DNA of 64,000 nt from Lytechinus pictus. Its lineage: Eukaryota. Location: assembly GCF_037042905.1 (NCBI RefSeq), contig NC_087263.1, forward strand, positions 11,720,001 to 11,784,000. Direction: 5' to 3'. The notes beneath the pieces are model-generated. The model searched no databases and had not been told where the DNA came from. It saw only the letters and a list, made by a program, of their open reading frames with translations. Positions 63,150-64,000 of the stretch are shown here, piece by piece (the stretch's first letter is position 1; each line of letters starts with the position of its first letter). Position numbers and translations under genes: made by a program.

Positions 63150-63688
63150 CCGGGGGGCGGGGGGTACTCGACCAAAAAAGTAGTAGGTATAGTGCCGCGG
63201 GCGAGACAAAAAACGGGGGCCTTGGAGCGGGCTTATTGTATAAAGGAGGGTCCTCGGAACGGGTTTCGGAACTACAAATTTTTGTGAAAACGGGGGTCCT
63301 TGGAACGGGTCGCCTGCGTGTGAATGCGTATGCATCCCTATGGAACGTGCATGCACCTAGCCCGGCGGCACGGGCGCCGGGTGCGCCAGCGCAGAGGCGA
63401 TGGTCGGACAGCGTTCTGCGGCCGCGGCTTTTCACCAAAATTGCGGCTCATTGTAGGAGATCAATGCGACCGGAACGGCGTAACGGAAAATATGCGAAGC
63501 TTTGGAGCAGATTTCTTTATTCTCGATAAGAAGAAAATGCTATGCTTTGGAGCGGCTTTCTTTGTTCTTTTTCTCAATAAGACAAAAATGCTATGCCTTG
63601 GAACGGAAATTTGAGTGTAAAAATGGGGGTCCCCTCCGCGGCACATACCCACTATGCATAATATACTGAGTGCCCCCCCCCCCCCCGG
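63150..63688. mobile_element. GC-rich non-autonomous DNA element with CCGGGG...CCCCGG termini and flanking direct repeat
   Basis: TIR-like CCGGGGGG...TACTC / GAGTGCCCC...CGG. GTTGGAT is repeated at 63143-63149 and 63689-63695. Internal TTGGARCGG repeats. Confidence 0.75.
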
Positions 63689-64000
63689 GTTGGATCCGTG
63701 GCAGTCTTAAGGTTTACGGATGCAGAGGGGATGCAACGCGGGAAAAAAAATCTTGCCATCCGTTGGAAAACGTTATGTATCCGTTGTGTACTCTTTGCAT
63801 ACGTGTTTCATACGCTCTATATCCATCGAGCATCCGTCCACTGTGATTTCATTGTTCGCCCATTATGTCCATTGTCTGGAGCGGATGAAAACGGGATGGA
63901 GTCACCCCGAAATTTTGCTTGTCCGGTGTAGCCGTTATGAATACGTGTTGTGAGCACATTTAAGGTTAAACTTTGTACCTTTCTTGATACAAATAAGCAT

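Noticed and set aside
63062..63652. 155-aa and overlapping ORFs
   Set aside because: They lie in a GC-rich non-autonomous element, are open in several frames on both strands and lack transposase motifs.

Overview
AT-rich, gene-poor eukaryotic DNA, most likely from an echinoderm (sea-urchin-like, inferred from the repeat families and gene type, not proven). Only one intact protein-coding region is evident: a single-coding-exon class A (rhodopsin-like) GPCR at 25527-26618 (+), preceded by a splice acceptor and a short uORF. Much of the rest is transposon-derived: tRNA-headed SINEs, L2/CR1-type LINE fragments, many MITEs (hAT-like with 8-bp TSDs, CACTG/EnSpm-like with 2-bp TSDs, TTAA Kolobok-like, Tc1-like, PIF/Harbinger-like), a 2.9-kb foldback element with 15-bp-repeat arms and a 9-bp TSD, a 1.2-kb tandem duplication and many microsatellites. 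The most unusual signal is a cluster of three non-coding elements (45779-47648), each built as a short inverted-repeat pair plus a ~165-bp terminal palindrome. Two copies of one family carry the palindrome core in opposite 'flip' and 'flop' orientations, and a second family keeps the same structure with different stem sequence. A candidate minimal hammerhead ribozyme in a Penelope-like insert (14541-14580) is also notable. All alignments were done by eye, and superfamily calls are inferred from termini and TSDs only.
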